The translations under genes were made by a program, and so were the position numbers. DNA of 64,000 nucleotides from Escherichia virus KFS-EC3: the sequence record MZ065353.1. One strand, 5' to 3'. The notes beneath the pieces are model-generated. The model saw only the letters and a list, made by a program, of their open reading frames with translations, made no database searches and was not told the DNA's origin. Shown here piece by piece: positions 18,323 to 28,046 of the stretch (the stretch's first letter is position 1; each line of letters begins with the position of its first letter).

Positions 18323-18789
18323 ATTATGATAGATTTTATCCTTGCGATTTTGTGAATGGCCCTGGATGCAGGGTCGTTCTTTTCGTCACAGGTTGTTTGC
18401 ATAAATGCGAAGGGTGTTATAATAAATCAACATGGAATGCTAGAAATGGCGTTCCATTCACTGGTGAAACACTGGAACAATTAATTGAATGTTTGAATAA
18501 TGATTATATAGAAGGATTAACTATAACTGGAGGAGACCCTCTCTATCCTGATAACCGAGATGTTGTTCATTGCATTGTTCAAACAGTAAAAAATCTTTAT
18601 CCCAATAAAAGCATTTGGTTGTGGACAGGATATAAATTTGAAGATATTAAACAACTAGAAATGCTTAAATATGTTGATGTTATTATTGATGGGAAGTATG
18701 AGAAAAATCTTCCGACCAAAAAGCTGTGGCGAGGATCAGATAATCAGCGACTTTGGTCAAATACCGATGGGGTGTGGAAACATGATTAA
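18319..18789 (+). CDS. nrdG: anaerobic RNR activating enzyme (radical SAM)
   Basis: 156 aa; CLHKCEGC radical-SAM cysteine cluster; ATGA coupling to nrdD. Confidence 0.95.
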   Translation: MNYDRFYPCDFVNGPGCRVVLFVTGCLHKCEGCYNKSTWNARNGVPFTGETLEQLIECLNNDYIEGLTITGGDPLYPDNRDVVHCIVQTVKNLYPNKSIWLWTGYKFEDIKQLEMLKYVDVIIDGKYEKNLPTKKLWRGSDNQRLWSNTDGVWKHD

Positions 18790-18895
18790 ATTGAATTATA
18801 TTATGGACACTATAAATGATATGATTTTTCATTTTGGTCCAGAATTTTATTCGCAATATAGTTTAGTGCTTATCAATGCTTGGTTAATCAATTAA
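18782..18895 (+). CDS. possible small ORF (37 aa)
   Basis: ATG overlapping nrdG end; no strong RBS. Confidence 0.25.
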   Translation: MIKLNYIMDTINDMIFHFGPEFYSQYSLVLINAWLIN

Positions 18896-18904
18896 GGGTA
18901 AAAT

Positions 18905-19117
18905 ATGTATAAATTTCGTAAAGGTTTAGCTGATTTTCTTACAACTGTAACATTCTTTTTGTTTATGGCAGTTGGAGCTATTTTTCTTATTCCTTTTATT
19001 GCTATATTTTTCGTGATTAGTTTGATTTCTCCAGAAAAAGGACTGTCTTCTAGCGAGTTCAATGAGCGTCTGGATAAAATTACTAATAAGCTGAATGCTG
19101 CTCTTAGTAAGGAATAG
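18905..19117 (+). CDS. small membrane protein (70 aa)
   Basis: two hydrophobic helices; AAGGGTAAAAT RBS. Confidence 0.5.
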   Translation: MYKFRKGLADFLTTVTFFLFMAVGAIFLIPFIAIFFVISLISPEKGLSSSEFNERLDKITNKLNAALSKE

Positions 19118-19119
19118 TT

Positions 19120-19428
19120 GTGAAACAAAACAAGATTGAAGTCTATGGAATTCCAGATGAAGTAGGTCGTTGTCCTGGATGTCAATCAGTTACAAAACTT
19201 CTAAAGGAGCTCAATGCTCCTTTTACTTTCTATAAAGTTCTTACAAATAATGGTAAGATTGAGTATGATCGTCCACTGATTGTATCTCTTGCTAAACGCG
19301 CTGGATTCACATCTCTTAACATTCGTTATCCAGTCATTTTCATTAATGATTCTAGACAAAAGAACATTAAACACTTCAAAGAAACTCTCATTTCACTTGG
19401 ATATGATAGAGATATCATAGAAGATTAA
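19120..19428 (+). CDS. nrdH: glutaredoxin-like protein (NrdH-like)
   Basis: CPGC redox motif; apparent GTG start with AAGGAA RBS. Confidence 0.6.
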   Translation: MKQNKIEVYGIPDEVGRCPGCQSVTKLLKELNAPFTFYKVLTNNGKIEYDRPLIVSLAKRAGFTSLNIRYPVIFINDSRQKNIKHFKETLISLGYDRDIIED

Positions 19429-19431
19429 GAC

Positions 19432-19452
19432 GGGCCCTCTGGGCCTTTCTTT
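19432..19452 (+). terminator. weak terminator-like hairpin
   Basis: GGCCC-TCT-GGGCC followed by a T-rich tract. Confidence 0.35.
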
Positions 19453-19526
19453 CTCACATTCTGTATATTACCATTCTAAGCTATCGTTCCCTTCTTATCG
19501 TTCCCTAAAATAATTTTCACAAAGTT

Positions 19527-19556
19527 GTTTACAAGAAGTTCAAACTGTGGTATTAT
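19527..19556 (+). promoter_or_regulatory. T4-type early promoter
   Basis: AATTTTCACAAAGTTGTTTAC element, GTTTAC, 17 nt, GTATTAT. Confidence 0.5.
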
Positions 19557-19586
19557 TAACATATGAATTGCCTTTGAGGATTTGAT

Positions 19587-19763
19587 ATGGTTGATAAAGA
19601 GATTAAAAGGGATCAGTATTATCGTGTTAATGGACATATTGTTATTGTTACAGCAGTAGATGATCTAGATGTTCATTATACTGTACTTAAATGGAATAAA
19701 CAGATGATTTGTGATCGTGCCGTATTTAGTTCAGTTGCTAAGGAAATTAAACTCCATGGGTAA
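19587..19763 (+). CDS. hypothetical protein (58 aa)
   Basis: ATG with TGAGGA RBS. Confidence 0.4.
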   Translation: MVDKEIKRDQYYRVNGHIVIVTAVDDLDVHYTVLKWNKQMICDRAVFSSVAKEIKLHG

Positions 19764-20049
19764 AACGTATCGTCGTAAAGACTTAAAAGTTCGTGATTAT
19801 GACTATTTCGGAAAGCGTAAAGCTCCTGATGGTGTAAGTCATAAAGATATGGTTGAAAACATTTTTCGCTCTGATAAATGGCGTAGAATGAAAGGCATTG
19901 ATTCAGAAGTTAAAGATGAGCTAAATCGCCAATTACGCGGTGAAGTAAGAAAGTTGAAAAAATCAGTTTACATTGATGATGATTTTGATTATAATACTTC
20001 TCAACGAGTTGCTAAGCGCAAATCAAACGAGTGTTATCGTTACAGCTGA
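19756..20049 (+). CDS. basic hypothetical protein (97 aa)
   Basis: ATG overlapping upstream gene end. Confidence 0.5.
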   Translation: MGKTYRRKDLKVRDYDYFGKRKAPDGVSHKDMVENIFRSDKWRRMKGIDSEVKDELNRQLRGEVRKLKKSVYIDDDFDYNTSQRVAKRKSNECYRYS

Positions 20050-20056
20050 GGAAAAT

Positions 20057-20188
20057 ATGAATATCAAACGCATGCTTTTTAAACAAGGATTATACACTTT
20101 AAATGTTGCTCCAAAAGGCGATACGACCAAGTGGTCAGTAAATGACTGGATTAAATTTATTGATGAAAATGGTAACTGGAAAATTTAA
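20057..20188 (+). CDS. hypothetical protein (43 aa)
   Basis: ATG with GAGGAAAA RBS. Confidence 0.35.
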   Translation: MNIKRMLFKQGLYTLNVAPKGDTTKWSVNDWIKFIDENGNWKI

Positions 20189-20389
20189 ATGAATCCCGAA
20201 TCTAAATTATCGCAACGAATTGCTGAAGCTCGTCGTCAGTTCTTTGAAAATATGATAGCCCAAGGTATTGATGACGAAGTTTTTCTAAACTGGTTTTGGA
20301 ATCACAAATATTCAAAATGCGCAGGAGCAATATTAATATCAGCCGCAATGATGTATGAAGGCTGGAAGGGTGCCAAACAGTTTAGCTAA
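20189..20389 (+). CDS. hypothetical protein (66 aa)
   Basis: ORF track; terminator directly downstream. Confidence 0.5.
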   Translation: MNPESKLSQRIAEARRQFFENMIAQGIDDEVFLNWFWNHKYSKCAGAILISAAMMYEGWKGAKQFS

Positions 20390-20406
20390 GGGCTTCGGCC
20401 CTTTTT
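20389..20406 (+). terminator. rho-independent terminator (GGGC-TTCG-GCCC module)
   Basis: AGGGCTTCGGCCCT hairpin followed by TTTTT. Confidence 0.65.
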
Positions 20407-20441
20407 GGATAATAAAATTTTAATGTAATTGAGGATAATGT

Positions 20442-20768
20442 ATGACTATTCAAATTAAAAACGCCATCAATTCTTATGCATATGATAAAGTAGTTTCTTT
20501 GCTAGAAAAAGGCGATATTGTAACTCCTCAAATTTTGGATAAATGGGAAAAAGAGCTTCATCAGACGATGAAACAGAACGATCAGAAGATTGGACGCAAT
20601 ACTGTCCGCGAATTGTTGGTTCAATATATCTTGTCAGAATTTGATGTTAAAGCTTTTGGTGTAGAATCTAAAGCTTATCAAAAGCATGAAATTTCCGATA
20701 AAACTATTCGTCGCATGAAAAATCAACGCAAGAAAAAATTTGCTGACCTGAAAATTGCTAAGGTATGA
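20442..20768 (+). CDS. hypothetical protein (108 aa)
   Basis: ORF track; GAGGA RBS. Confidence 0.55.
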   Translation: MTIQIKNAINSYAYDKVVSLLEKGDIVTPQILDKWEKELHQTMKQNDQKIGRNTVRELLVQYILSEFDVKAFGVESKAYQKHEISDKTIRRMKNQRKKKFADLKIAKV

Positions 20769-20986
20769 ATATGAACGAAGCTCTTATTAACGATTTACGT
20801 CTTGCCGGATATGAAGTAAATACAAATGGCATTGGTTTAACTCAAATTGAAGGAAATGGATTTATCCTTGAGTATGAATTTAGCCAATGGTGGTTATACG
20901 CTAATTATGGCGAATTGATTGAATACGTTGACCAGTTTGATTCACTAGATGCAGCTCTTGAAGCGGCTAAGTTGATGAATGTATGA
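20765..20986 (+). CDS. hypothetical acidic protein (73 aa)
   Basis: ORF track. Confidence 0.5.
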   Translation: MNMNEALINDLRLAGYEVNTNGIGLTQIEGNGFILEYEFSQWWLYANYGELIEYVDQFDSLDAALEAAKLMNV

Positions 20987-21251
20987 AATTAATTAATATT
21001 TCTATTGCTATTGAAAATTTTGGTATTTTCTATGTTGACCAATACATGAAAATTTCATTTTTCCAAATAAGATTGGTGTTGGATATTGGGAAAGCCATGT
21101 TTCTGAATTAAATGAAAGTGAATATGCTAGCACACATGAAAAGTTTTTAGACTTTTTATATCATGCTGATTTAACTAGTCATTACATAGATATTCATGAA
21201 TTTAAAAAGATGATGGAAAAAGTGTTCCAAGCATACTGCTTACTTAGATAA
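20983..21251 (+). pseudogene. probable frameshifted small gene (about 89 codons across two frames)
   Basis: ATG at 20983 opens a 43-codon frame; overlapping it, a 71-codon protein-like frame (21039-21251) has no start codon. Confidence 0.3.
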
Positions 21252-21329
21252 CTGATATCCTCTATGCTTTAAGATAGATCTTCAAATATTATGATATAAT
21301 AGATCTATGAATTGAGCTAAGAGGTGAAA

Positions 21330-21887
21330 ATGTCAGAAACTAAGCCTAAATATAATTACGTAAACAATAAAGAGCTTTTACAAGCTATTATTGATTGGAA
21401 AACAGAATTAGCAAATAATAAAGACCCAAATAAAGTAGTTCGTCAGAATGATACTATCGGATTAGCCATTATGCTTATCGCAGAAGGCTTATCTAAACGT
21501 TTCAACTTTTCAGGATACACCCAATCTTGGAAACAAGAAATGATTGCAGATGGTATAGAAGCTTCTATTAAGGGGCTTCATAATTTTGATGAAACGAAAT
21601 ATAAAAACCCACATGCATATATAACTCAAGCTTGTTTTAATGCATTCGTCCAACGTATTAAAAAAGAACGTAAGGAAGTTGCAAAGAAATATAGTTACTT
21701 CGTTCACAATGTCTATGACAGTCGTGACGACGATATGGTTGCGTTAGTAGATGAAACTTTTATTCAAGACATCTACGATAAAATGACGCATTACGAAGAA
21801 TCAACCTATAGAACACCGGGGGCTGAAAAGAAAAGTGTTGTAGACGATTCTCCTAGTTTGGATTTTTTATATGAGGCTAACGATTAA
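21330..21887 (+). CDS. 55: late-transcription sigma factor gp55
   Basis: 185 aa from ATG 21330; length, sequence and position match T4 gp55. Confidence 0.9.
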
Positions 21888-22089
21888 CCTCTCCGGATTC
21901 TTGGAAGAAATACCTGAAGTTGAAGCTATTCCCTATTTACTTAAAATGTATCTCAGGGAAGTTTTAGCTCTTGACATTGATATTGATCCAGAAAATCCGT
22001 ATGATACCGCTTTTAAATCTAATGGTGTAGAATTAAACTATCGGTATCATTTAACAGATGATGATTTTTATTTTATATTAGAGAAATAA
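21871..22089 (+). CDS. hypothetical protein (72 aa)
   Basis: ORF track; overlaps the end of gene 55. Confidence 0.5.
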
Positions 22090-22090
22090 T

Positions 22091-22408
22091 ATGACTGATA
22101 AACCCGAAATTAATGATGAAGTGGAAAAGCTTATTTCTTCTATTGAAGAAAAGAACCGTCTTGAAGCAGAAAGAAAAGCAAATAAGTTATTGTCTAAAAA
22201 CAAACGCGAACTGAACCGTCTTTATAAACACGCTCAAATTGCAGCTGAAAACAATAATTTTGCTCAATACGAATATGCTATCAAGAAAAGTCGGGATATT
22301 CTAAAACAGCCATATAACGATGAACTTATTAGTATTCTTTGGAAGACTACTAGATCGCAGATTGAGGATATGATTGATGCTTACACACGTAAAATTCAAG
22401 CGTCTTAA
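22091..22408 (+). CDS. hypothetical protein (105 aa)
   Basis: ORF track. Confidence 0.55.
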   Translation: MTDKPEINDEVEKLISSIEEKNRLEAERKANKLLSKNKRELNRLYKHAQIAAENNNFAQYEYAIKKSRDILKQPYNDELISILWKTTRSQIEDMIDAYTRKIQAS

Positions 22409-22580
22409 AATTAATGCAGGATTTACTGAATCTTTGAATGGTCATCTTTGCGTGAAAATTTCTGAAAAAGAATACCATGATAGTTCAATTAAAGAAGTTA
22501 ATCCTCCTATTGTAAGAGCAGACCCTAATATGAAAGTGTGGGTTGATTCCTATCAAGTCAAAAAATGGTGGCAACTGTGA
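22374..22580 (+). CDS. hypothetical protein (68 aa)
   Basis: ORF track; GAGGA RBS. Confidence 0.45.
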   Translation: MMLTHVKFKRLKINAGFTESLNGHLCVKISEKEYHDSSIKEVNPPIVRADPNMKVWVDSYQVKKWWQL

Positions 22581-22583
22581 AAG

Positions 22584-22757
22584 ATGAACACCCAGACTTC
22601 TGAAATAGATTATAATAAAATTCGTTCCTCTAAAGTAGAAATGATGAGGCGCTTTAAAGAGTCTCATGATAAAGCTAAAGCAGAAGGAACTATAACATAT
22701 AAACGTATAAAATTTAGAAGCTCTAATGAGCCTCTGTATGGTGTATTATGCGGATAG
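22584..22757 (+). CDS. hypothetical protein (57 aa)
   Basis: ATG 3 nt after upstream stop. Confidence 0.4.
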   Translation: MNTQTSEIDYNKIRSSKVEMMRRFKESHDKAKAEGTITYKRIKFRSSNEPLYGVLCG

Positions 22758-22773
22758 GAGCTTCGGCTCCTAT
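22754..22773 (+). other. RNA hairpin (GGAGC-TTCG-GCTCC) without a clean T-run
   Basis: 8-bp stem with UUCG loop beginning in the stop codon; MotA-box-like ATTGCTTTA follows. Confidence 0.4.
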
Positions 22774-22823
22774 ATTGCTTTATAAATTTTTGGTAAAATA
22801 AACCAAAACAATGAGGATATTAA

Positions 22824-24026
22824 ATGAAAGTATGCATTTTTATGGCTCGAGGTCTTGAAGGTTGTGGCGTAACTAAATTTTCTCTTGAGCAGCGTGATTG
22901 GTTTATTAAAAATGGTCATGAAGTAACTTTGGTTTATGCTAAAGATAAATCATTTACCCGTAATTGCGCGCATGATTATAAATCATTTTCAATTCCGGTT
23001 TTATTGGCAAAAGAATACGATAAAACACTTAAGCTGGTAAATGATTGTGATATTCTAATTATCAATTCAGTTCCTGCTACTTCAGTTGAAGAAGACACTA
23101 TTAATAACTATAAAAAAATTATTGATAACATTAAACCTTCGGTTCGTGTTGTAGTTTATCAACATGACCATTCTTCTCTTTCTTTGCGCCGAAATTTGGG
23201 ATTAGAAGAAACTGTTCGTCGAGCTGATGTTATTTTTAGTCATTCTGATAATGGTGATTTTAATAAAGTTCTGATGAAAGAATGGTATCCGGAAACTGTT
23301 TCTCTGTTTGATGATATTGAAGAAGCACCGACCGTATATAACTTTCAGCCTCCTATGGATATTGCGAAGGTTCGATCAACCTACTGGAAAGATGTTTCTG
23401 AAATTAACATGAATATCAACCGTTGGATTGGTCGTACGACTACATGGAAAGGCTTTTATCAGATGTTTGATTTTCACGAAAAACATCTTAAACCTGCAGG
23501 ACTAAGTACTGTTATGGAAGGTCTGGAACGTTCTCCAGCGTTCATTCCTATTAAAGAAAAAGGAATTCCATACGAGTATTATCGTCTTCATCAAGTAGAC
23601 CAAATTAAAATTGCTCCTAATTTGCCAACGCAAATTCTCGACCGTTATGTAAATAGCGAAATGCTTGAACGCATGAGTAAATCCGGATTTGGTTATCAGC
23701 TGAGTAAATTAGATAAAAAATATCTACAACGTTCTTTAGAATACACTCATCTCGAGCTTGGCGCGTGCGGAACAATTCCAGTATTTTGGAAATCTACTGG
23801 CGAAAATTTAAAATTCCGTGTTGATAATACTCCGTTAATTTCTCATGATAGCGGTATCGTTTGGTTTGATGAAAATGACATGGAATCAACATTTGAACGT
23901 ATTAAAGAACTGTCATCTGACCGAGCTCTTTATGACCGTGAACGTGAAAAAGCTTATGAATTTTTGTATCAGCATCAAGATTCAAGCTTCTGCTTTAAAG
24001 AGCAGTTTGACATTATTACAAAATAA
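22824..24026 (+). CDS. a-gt: alpha-glucosyltransferase (hydroxymethylcytosine DNA)
   Basis: 400 aa; length, sequence and position (between 55 and 47) match T4 alpha-gt. Confidence 0.85.
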   Translation: MKVCIFMARGLEGCGVTKFSLEQRDWFIKNGHEVTLVYAKDKSFTRNCAHDYKSFSIPVLLAKEYDKTLKLVNDCDILIINSVPATSVEEDTINNYKKIIDNIKPSVRVVVYQHDHSSLSLRRNLGLEETVRRADVIFSHSDNGDFNKVLMKEWYPETVSLFDDIEEAPTVYNFQPPMDIAKVRSTYWKDVSEINMNINRWIGRTTTWKGFYQMFDFHEKHLKPAGLSTVMEGLERSPAFIPIKEKGIPYEYYRLHQVDQIKIAPNLPTQILDRYVNSEMLERMSKSGFGYQLSKLDKKYLQRSLEYTHLELGACGTIPVFWKSTGENLKFRVDNTPLISHDSGIVWFDENDMESTFERIKELSSDRALYDREREKAYEFLYQHQDSSFCFKEQFDIITK

Positions 24027-24042
24027 AGGGCTTCGGCCCTTT
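24025..24042 (+). terminator. hairpin terminator (GGGC-TTCG-GCCC module)
   Basis: AAAGGGCTTCGGCCCTTT immediately after the stop. Confidence 0.45.
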
Positions 24043-24065
24043 AGCTTTATACGGAGTTTGATATA

Positions 24066-24206
24066 ATGATATTTCTTGGATATGTGATACTTTTTCTCGC
24101 ATTTTATCTATTCACTAGAGCGTGTTGGATTGGGTTCTTTAGCACTCCAGATGGATTTATTTCAATAATTTTATTTTGCATTTCGATGACGGTTCTTGAT
24201 ATATGA
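24066..24206 (+). CDS. small membrane peptide (46 aa)
   Basis: GGAG RBS; hydrophobic; stop overlaps the gene 47 ATG. Confidence 0.4.
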   Translation: MIFLGYVILFLAFYLFTRACWIGFFSTPDGFISIILFCISMTVLDI

Positions 24207-25222
24207 AAATTTTAAATTTAGGTGATTGGCATTTAGGCGTTAAAGCTGATGATGAGTGGGTTCAATCCATTCAGTTGGATGGAATTAAACAAGCAATAGA
24301 ATATTCTAAGAAAAATGGAATTACTACATGGATTCAATATGGTGATATTTTTGATGTGCGAAAAGCAATCACGCATAAAACTATGGAGTTCGCCCGTGAA
24401 ATAGTTCAAATGCTTGATGATGCTGGTATTACCCTACATACTGTTGTAGGAAACCATGATATGCACTTTAAAAATACTTTAACTCCAAATGCTTCTACTG
24501 AGCTTTTGGCTAAATATCCTAATGTTAAAGTATATGATAAGCCTACTACAGTAGATTTTGACGGATGTTTGATTGATTTAATTCCTTGGATGTGTGAAGA
24601 AAATACTGGTGAAATTCTTGAACACATCAAAACTTCGTCTGCTTCTTTTTGTGTTGGTCACTGGGAACTGAATGGATTTTATTTTTATAAAGGAATGAAA
24701 TCTCACGGTCTTGAACCTGATTTCCTTAAGACTTATAAAGAGGTGTGGTCTGGTCACTTCCATACTATCTCTGAGGCTGCTAACGTCAGATATATTGGGA
24801 CACCATGGACACTAACTGCAGGTGACGAGAATGACCCTCGTGGGTTCTGGATGTTTGATACAGAAACAGAACGAATGGAATTTATTCCAAACAACACTAC
24901 CTGGCATCGTCGAATTCAATATCCATTTAAGGGAAAAATTGACTATAAAGATTTTACAAATCTATCAGTACGTGTTATAGTAACTGAGGTAGACAAAAAT
25001 CTGACGAAGTTCGAATCTGAACTAGAAAAAGTTGTGCATTCATTACGAGTTGTGTCAAAGATTGATAACTCTGTCGAGTCAGATGATAGTGAAGAAGTTG
25101 AAGTTCAATCTCTTCAGACGTTGATGGAAGAATACATTAATGCAATTCCAGACATCACTGATTCTGACCGCGAAGCACTTATTCAATATGCAAATCAGTT
25201 ATATGTAGAGGCAACACAATGA
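24203..25222 (+). CDS. 47: recombination nuclease subunit (Mre11/SbcD-like)
   Basis: 339 aa; phosphoesterase motifs (GDWH, GNHD); precedes gene 46. Confidence 0.95.
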   Translation: MKILNLGDWHLGVKADDEWVQSIQLDGIKQAIEYSKKNGITTWIQYGDIFDVRKAITHKTMEFAREIVQMLDDAGITLHTVVGNHDMHFKNTLTPNASTELLAKYPNVKVYDKPTTVDFDGCLIDLIPWMCEENTGEILEHIKTSSASFCVGHWELNGFYFYKGMKSHGLEPDFLKTYKEVWSGHFHTISEAANVRYIGTPWTLTAGDENDPRGFWMFDTETERMEFIPNNTTWHRRIQYPFKGKIDYKDFTNLSVRVIVTEVDKNLTKFESELEKVVHSLRVVSKIDNSVESDDSEEVEVQSLQTLMEEYINAIPDITDSDREALIQYANQLYVEATQ

Positions 25223-25482
25223 CTTTTGATGAATTTAAAAATGCTATGATGAGTCAGCATTTTGAATGCGAAGTAAAAGATGATATTGGGCATAAAGAAA
25301 TTATTGAATATTGGTTTGAACCGCTAGAGGTTGAAGATAATTGTATTAAAAAGGTCACGGTCTGCACTGACTGGGCTGTATCTTTTAACTTCAACATTTT
25401 AGATAATGACACACCTAAATCATTACAAGATATGGCTGTATCTTGTATTAAGGATGCATATTGTGAAGTTTTCGACATTTGA
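25219..25482 (+). CDS. hypothetical protein (87 aa)
   Basis: ORF track; ATGA coupling. Confidence 0.5.
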   Translation: MTFDEFKNAMMSQHFECEVKDDIGHKEIIEYWFEPLEVEDNCIKKVTVCTDWAVSFNFNILDNDTPKSLQDMAVSCIKDAYCEVFDI

Positions 25483-25669
25483 CATTAACGATGAATTCAT
25501 AGCAAATATTGATTACACCGAAGAAGATTCTAGATATGTTGGAATAATTTATATCACATCAAAAGCAGCACAAGGTGTTGTTTGCATGGCTGAATTTGAT
25601 GAATACTTTTTAGATTATGATGATATGATAGAATGGTCTAAAAGATACATTAAAAGGAATCTTTTGTGA
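25454..25669 (+). CDS. hypothetical protein (71 aa)
   Basis: ATG at 25454 with AAGG RBS. Confidence 0.45.
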   Translation: MHIVKFSTFDINDEFIANIDYTEEDSRYVGIIYITSKAAQGVVCMAEFDEYFLDYDDMIEWSKRYIKRNLL

Positions 25670-27348
25670 AGAATTTTAAACTAAACCGAGTTAGGTATCA
25701 AAATATAATGTCAGTAGGTGGAAATCCTATTGACATTCAACTAGATAAGGTTCAAAAAACTCTTATTACTGGACGAAATGGCGGTGGTAAGTCTACTATG
25801 TTAGAAGCCATCACATTTGGGCTTTTTGGCAAGCCATTTCGTGATGTAAAGAAAGGTCAATTAATAAACAGCACAAATAAGAAAGAACTTTTAGTTGAAC
25901 TGTGGATGGAATATGATGAGAAAAAGTACTATATCAAAAGAGGACAAAAACCAAACGTTTTCGAAATCACCGTTAACGGTACACGTCTTAATGAATCTGC
26001 CAGCAGTAAAGATTTCCAAGCAGAATTTGAACAGCTTATCGGAATGTCATATGCCAGTTTCAAGCAGATTGTTGTCCTTGGTACAGCAGGGTATACCCCT
26101 TTCATGGGTTTGTCGACCCCTGCGCGAAGAAAGCTTGTGGAAGACCTGCTTGAGGTAGGAACATTAGCTGAAATGGATAAGCTTAATAAAGCACTAATAC
26201 GTGAATTAAATTCACAAAACCAAGTGCTTGATGTTAAAAAAGATAGTATTATCCAGCAAATTAAAATATATAATGATAACGTTGAACGCCAGAAAAAATT
26301 AACTGGTGATAACCTTACTCGTCTGCAGAATATGTATGATGATTTGGCAAAAGAAGCTAGAACGCTAAAATCGGAAATAGAAGAAGCTAATGAAAGATTA
26401 GTTAATATTGTTTTGGATGAAGACCCGACTGATGCATTTAATAAAATCGGTCAAGAAGCATTTTTAATAAAATCAAAAATTGACTCGTATAATAAAGTCA
26501 TTAATATGTATCACGAAGGTGGATTATGTCCAACCTGTTTGTCACAATTAAGTTCCGGTGATAAAGTTGTTTCTAAAATTAAAGATAAAGTTTCTGAATG
26601 CACGCATTCGTTTGAACAGCTTTCAACACATCGTGATAATTTAAAAGTTCTTGTTGATGAATACCGAGATAATATTAAAACTCAGCAGTCGTTGGCAAAT
26701 GATATTCGCAATAAAAAGCAATCTCTAATCACGACGGTAGATAAAGCTAAAAAGGTTAAAGCAGCTATAGAAAAAGCATCTTCTGAGTTTATTGACCATG
26801 CTGATGAAATAGCACTGCTTCAAGAAGAACTTGATAAAATTGTTAAGACAAAAACTAATTTAGTAATGGAAAAATACCACCGAGGAATTTTGACTGATAT
26901 GCTCAAAGATTCTGGTATTAAAGGTGCTATTATTAAAAAGTACATTCCATTATTTAATAAGCAGATTAACCATTATCTTAAAATAATGGAAGCGGATTAT
27001 GTGTTTACATTAGATGAAGAATTTAATGAGACAATTAAATCCCGTGGTCGTGAAGATTTTAGTTATGCTTCATTCAGTCAAGGTGAAAAAGCACGAATTG
27101 ATATTGCTCTTTTATTTACTTGGCGTGATATTGCTGAAAAAGTTTCAGGTGTTAAAATAAACACATTAATTCTTGACGAAGTTTTTGATTCAGCGACCGA
27201 TGTTGAAGGTGTAAAAGCTATTTCAACTATTTTAGATAGTTTAAAAAATACTAATGTTTTTGTTATTTCGCATAGAGACCACGACCCACAAGCATACGGT
27301 CAACATCTTCAAATGAAGAAAGTTGGTCGATTTACTGTAATGGTTTAA
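25666..27348 (+). CDS. 46: recombination ATPase subunit (Rad50/SbcC-like)
   Basis: 560 aa; Walker A GRNGGGKST; coiled coil; CPTC zinc hook; apparent GTG start. Confidence 0.95.
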   Translation: MKNFKLNRVRYQNIMSVGGNPIDIQLDKVQKTLITGRNGGGKSTMLEAITFGLFGKPFRDVKKGQLINSTNKKELLVELWMEYDEKKYYIKRGQKPNVFEITVNGTRLNESASSKDFQAEFEQLIGMSYASFKQIVVLGTAGYTPFMGLSTPARRKLVEDLLEVGTLAEMDKLNKALIRELNSQNQVLDVKKDSIIQQIKIYNDNVERQKKLTGDNLTRLQNMYDDLAKEARTLKSEIEEANERLVNIVLDEDPTDAFNKIGQEAFLIKSKIDSYNKVINMYHEGGLCPTCLSQLSSGDKVVSKIKDKVSECTHSFEQLSTHRDNLKVLVDEYRDNIKTQQSLANDIRNKKQSLITTVDKAKKVKAAIEKASSEFIDHADEIALLQEELDKIVKTKTNLVMEKYHRGILTDMLKDSGIKGAIIKKYIPLFNKQINHYLKIMEADYVFTLDEEFNETIKSRGREDFSYASFSQGEKARIDIALLFTWRDIAEKVSGVKINTLILDEVFDSATDVEGVKAISTILDSLKNTNVFVISHRDHDPQAYGQHLQMKKVGRFTVMV

Positions 27349-27360
27349 TTTATAAGAGAT

Positions 27361-27386
27361 TATGCTTTAATTTATTAGAGTATAAT
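27361..27386 (+). promoter_or_regulatory. MotA-dependent middle promoter candidate
   Basis: MotA box TATGCTTTA about 12 nt upstream of TATAAT; inside an AGAGATTA/TAATCTCT inverted repeat. Confidence 0.45.
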
Positions 27387-27403
27387 CTCTATGGAGGAAA
27401 AAC

Positions 27404-27592
27404 ATGGAATATTCAACTGGACAGCATCTATTAACTATTCCTGAAATAAAACGATATATTCTGAGAAATAATTTTTCTAATGAAGAGCATATAGTTACTG
27501 AATCTATGCTTAAGAATGCATTTAAAGCAGAATATACGAAAATAATGTCCAACAGAAATGAAGCTTGGACTGTTACTGATTATTATGACTAA
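27404..27592 (+). CDS. hypothetical protein (62 aa)
   Basis: GGAGGAAAAAC RBS. Confidence 0.5.
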   Translation: MEYSTGQHLLTIPEIKRYILRNNFSNEEHIVTESMLKNAFKAEYTKIMSNRNEAWTVTDYYD

Positions 27593-27601
27593 AGGTGTAT
27601 T

Positions 27602-27991
27602 ATGACTAAAATTACTGTGAATTATACTGTTGATGTAAAAGATATTCAGCCAAAACACGTGCGTTCTGAATCAAATCCACAAAACCAAAATAAAATTCGT
27701 CGAGCATGGGTTTTGTCTCTTTCTGATAACGCGATGGAAGTTATTCAGAACAAAATTAAATCTGCACCTGCTCGTCATGCGTATTATGAAGCTATCGATC
27801 GTGAAGTAAGTAATAAATGGATTGAACTAATGCGCAAACATACGGCAGAATCTCTAAACGCTGGTGCCAAATTTATTATGACTTCATGTGGTGAACGCCT
27901 TGAAGATGATTATTGCGGTAATGCAGATGAACGTCTAATTGTTGCTGCTCAAATTGTTGCTGAAACAATTGCTGCCGATTTTAATCGTTAA
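27602..27991 (+). CDS. rpbA: RNA polymerase-binding protein RpbA
   Basis: 129 aa; length and position (between 46 and 45) match T4 RpbA. Confidence 0.75.
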   Translation: MTKITVNYTVDVKDIQPKHVRSESNPQNQNKIRRAWVLSLSDNAMEVIQNKIKSAPARHAYYEAIDREVSNKWIELMRKHTAESLNAGAKFIMTSCGERLEDDYCGNADERLIVAAQIVAETIAADFNR

Positions 27992-28015
27992 TTGCTTTAT
28001 TAAATTAGTTATAAA
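27991..28015 (+). promoter_or_regulatory. MotA-dependent middle promoter candidate for gene 45
   Basis: MotA box ATTGCTTTA and TATAAA -10. Confidence 0.45.
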
Positions 28016-28046
28016 ATTAAATCTCATTTGAATTGAAGGAAATTAC

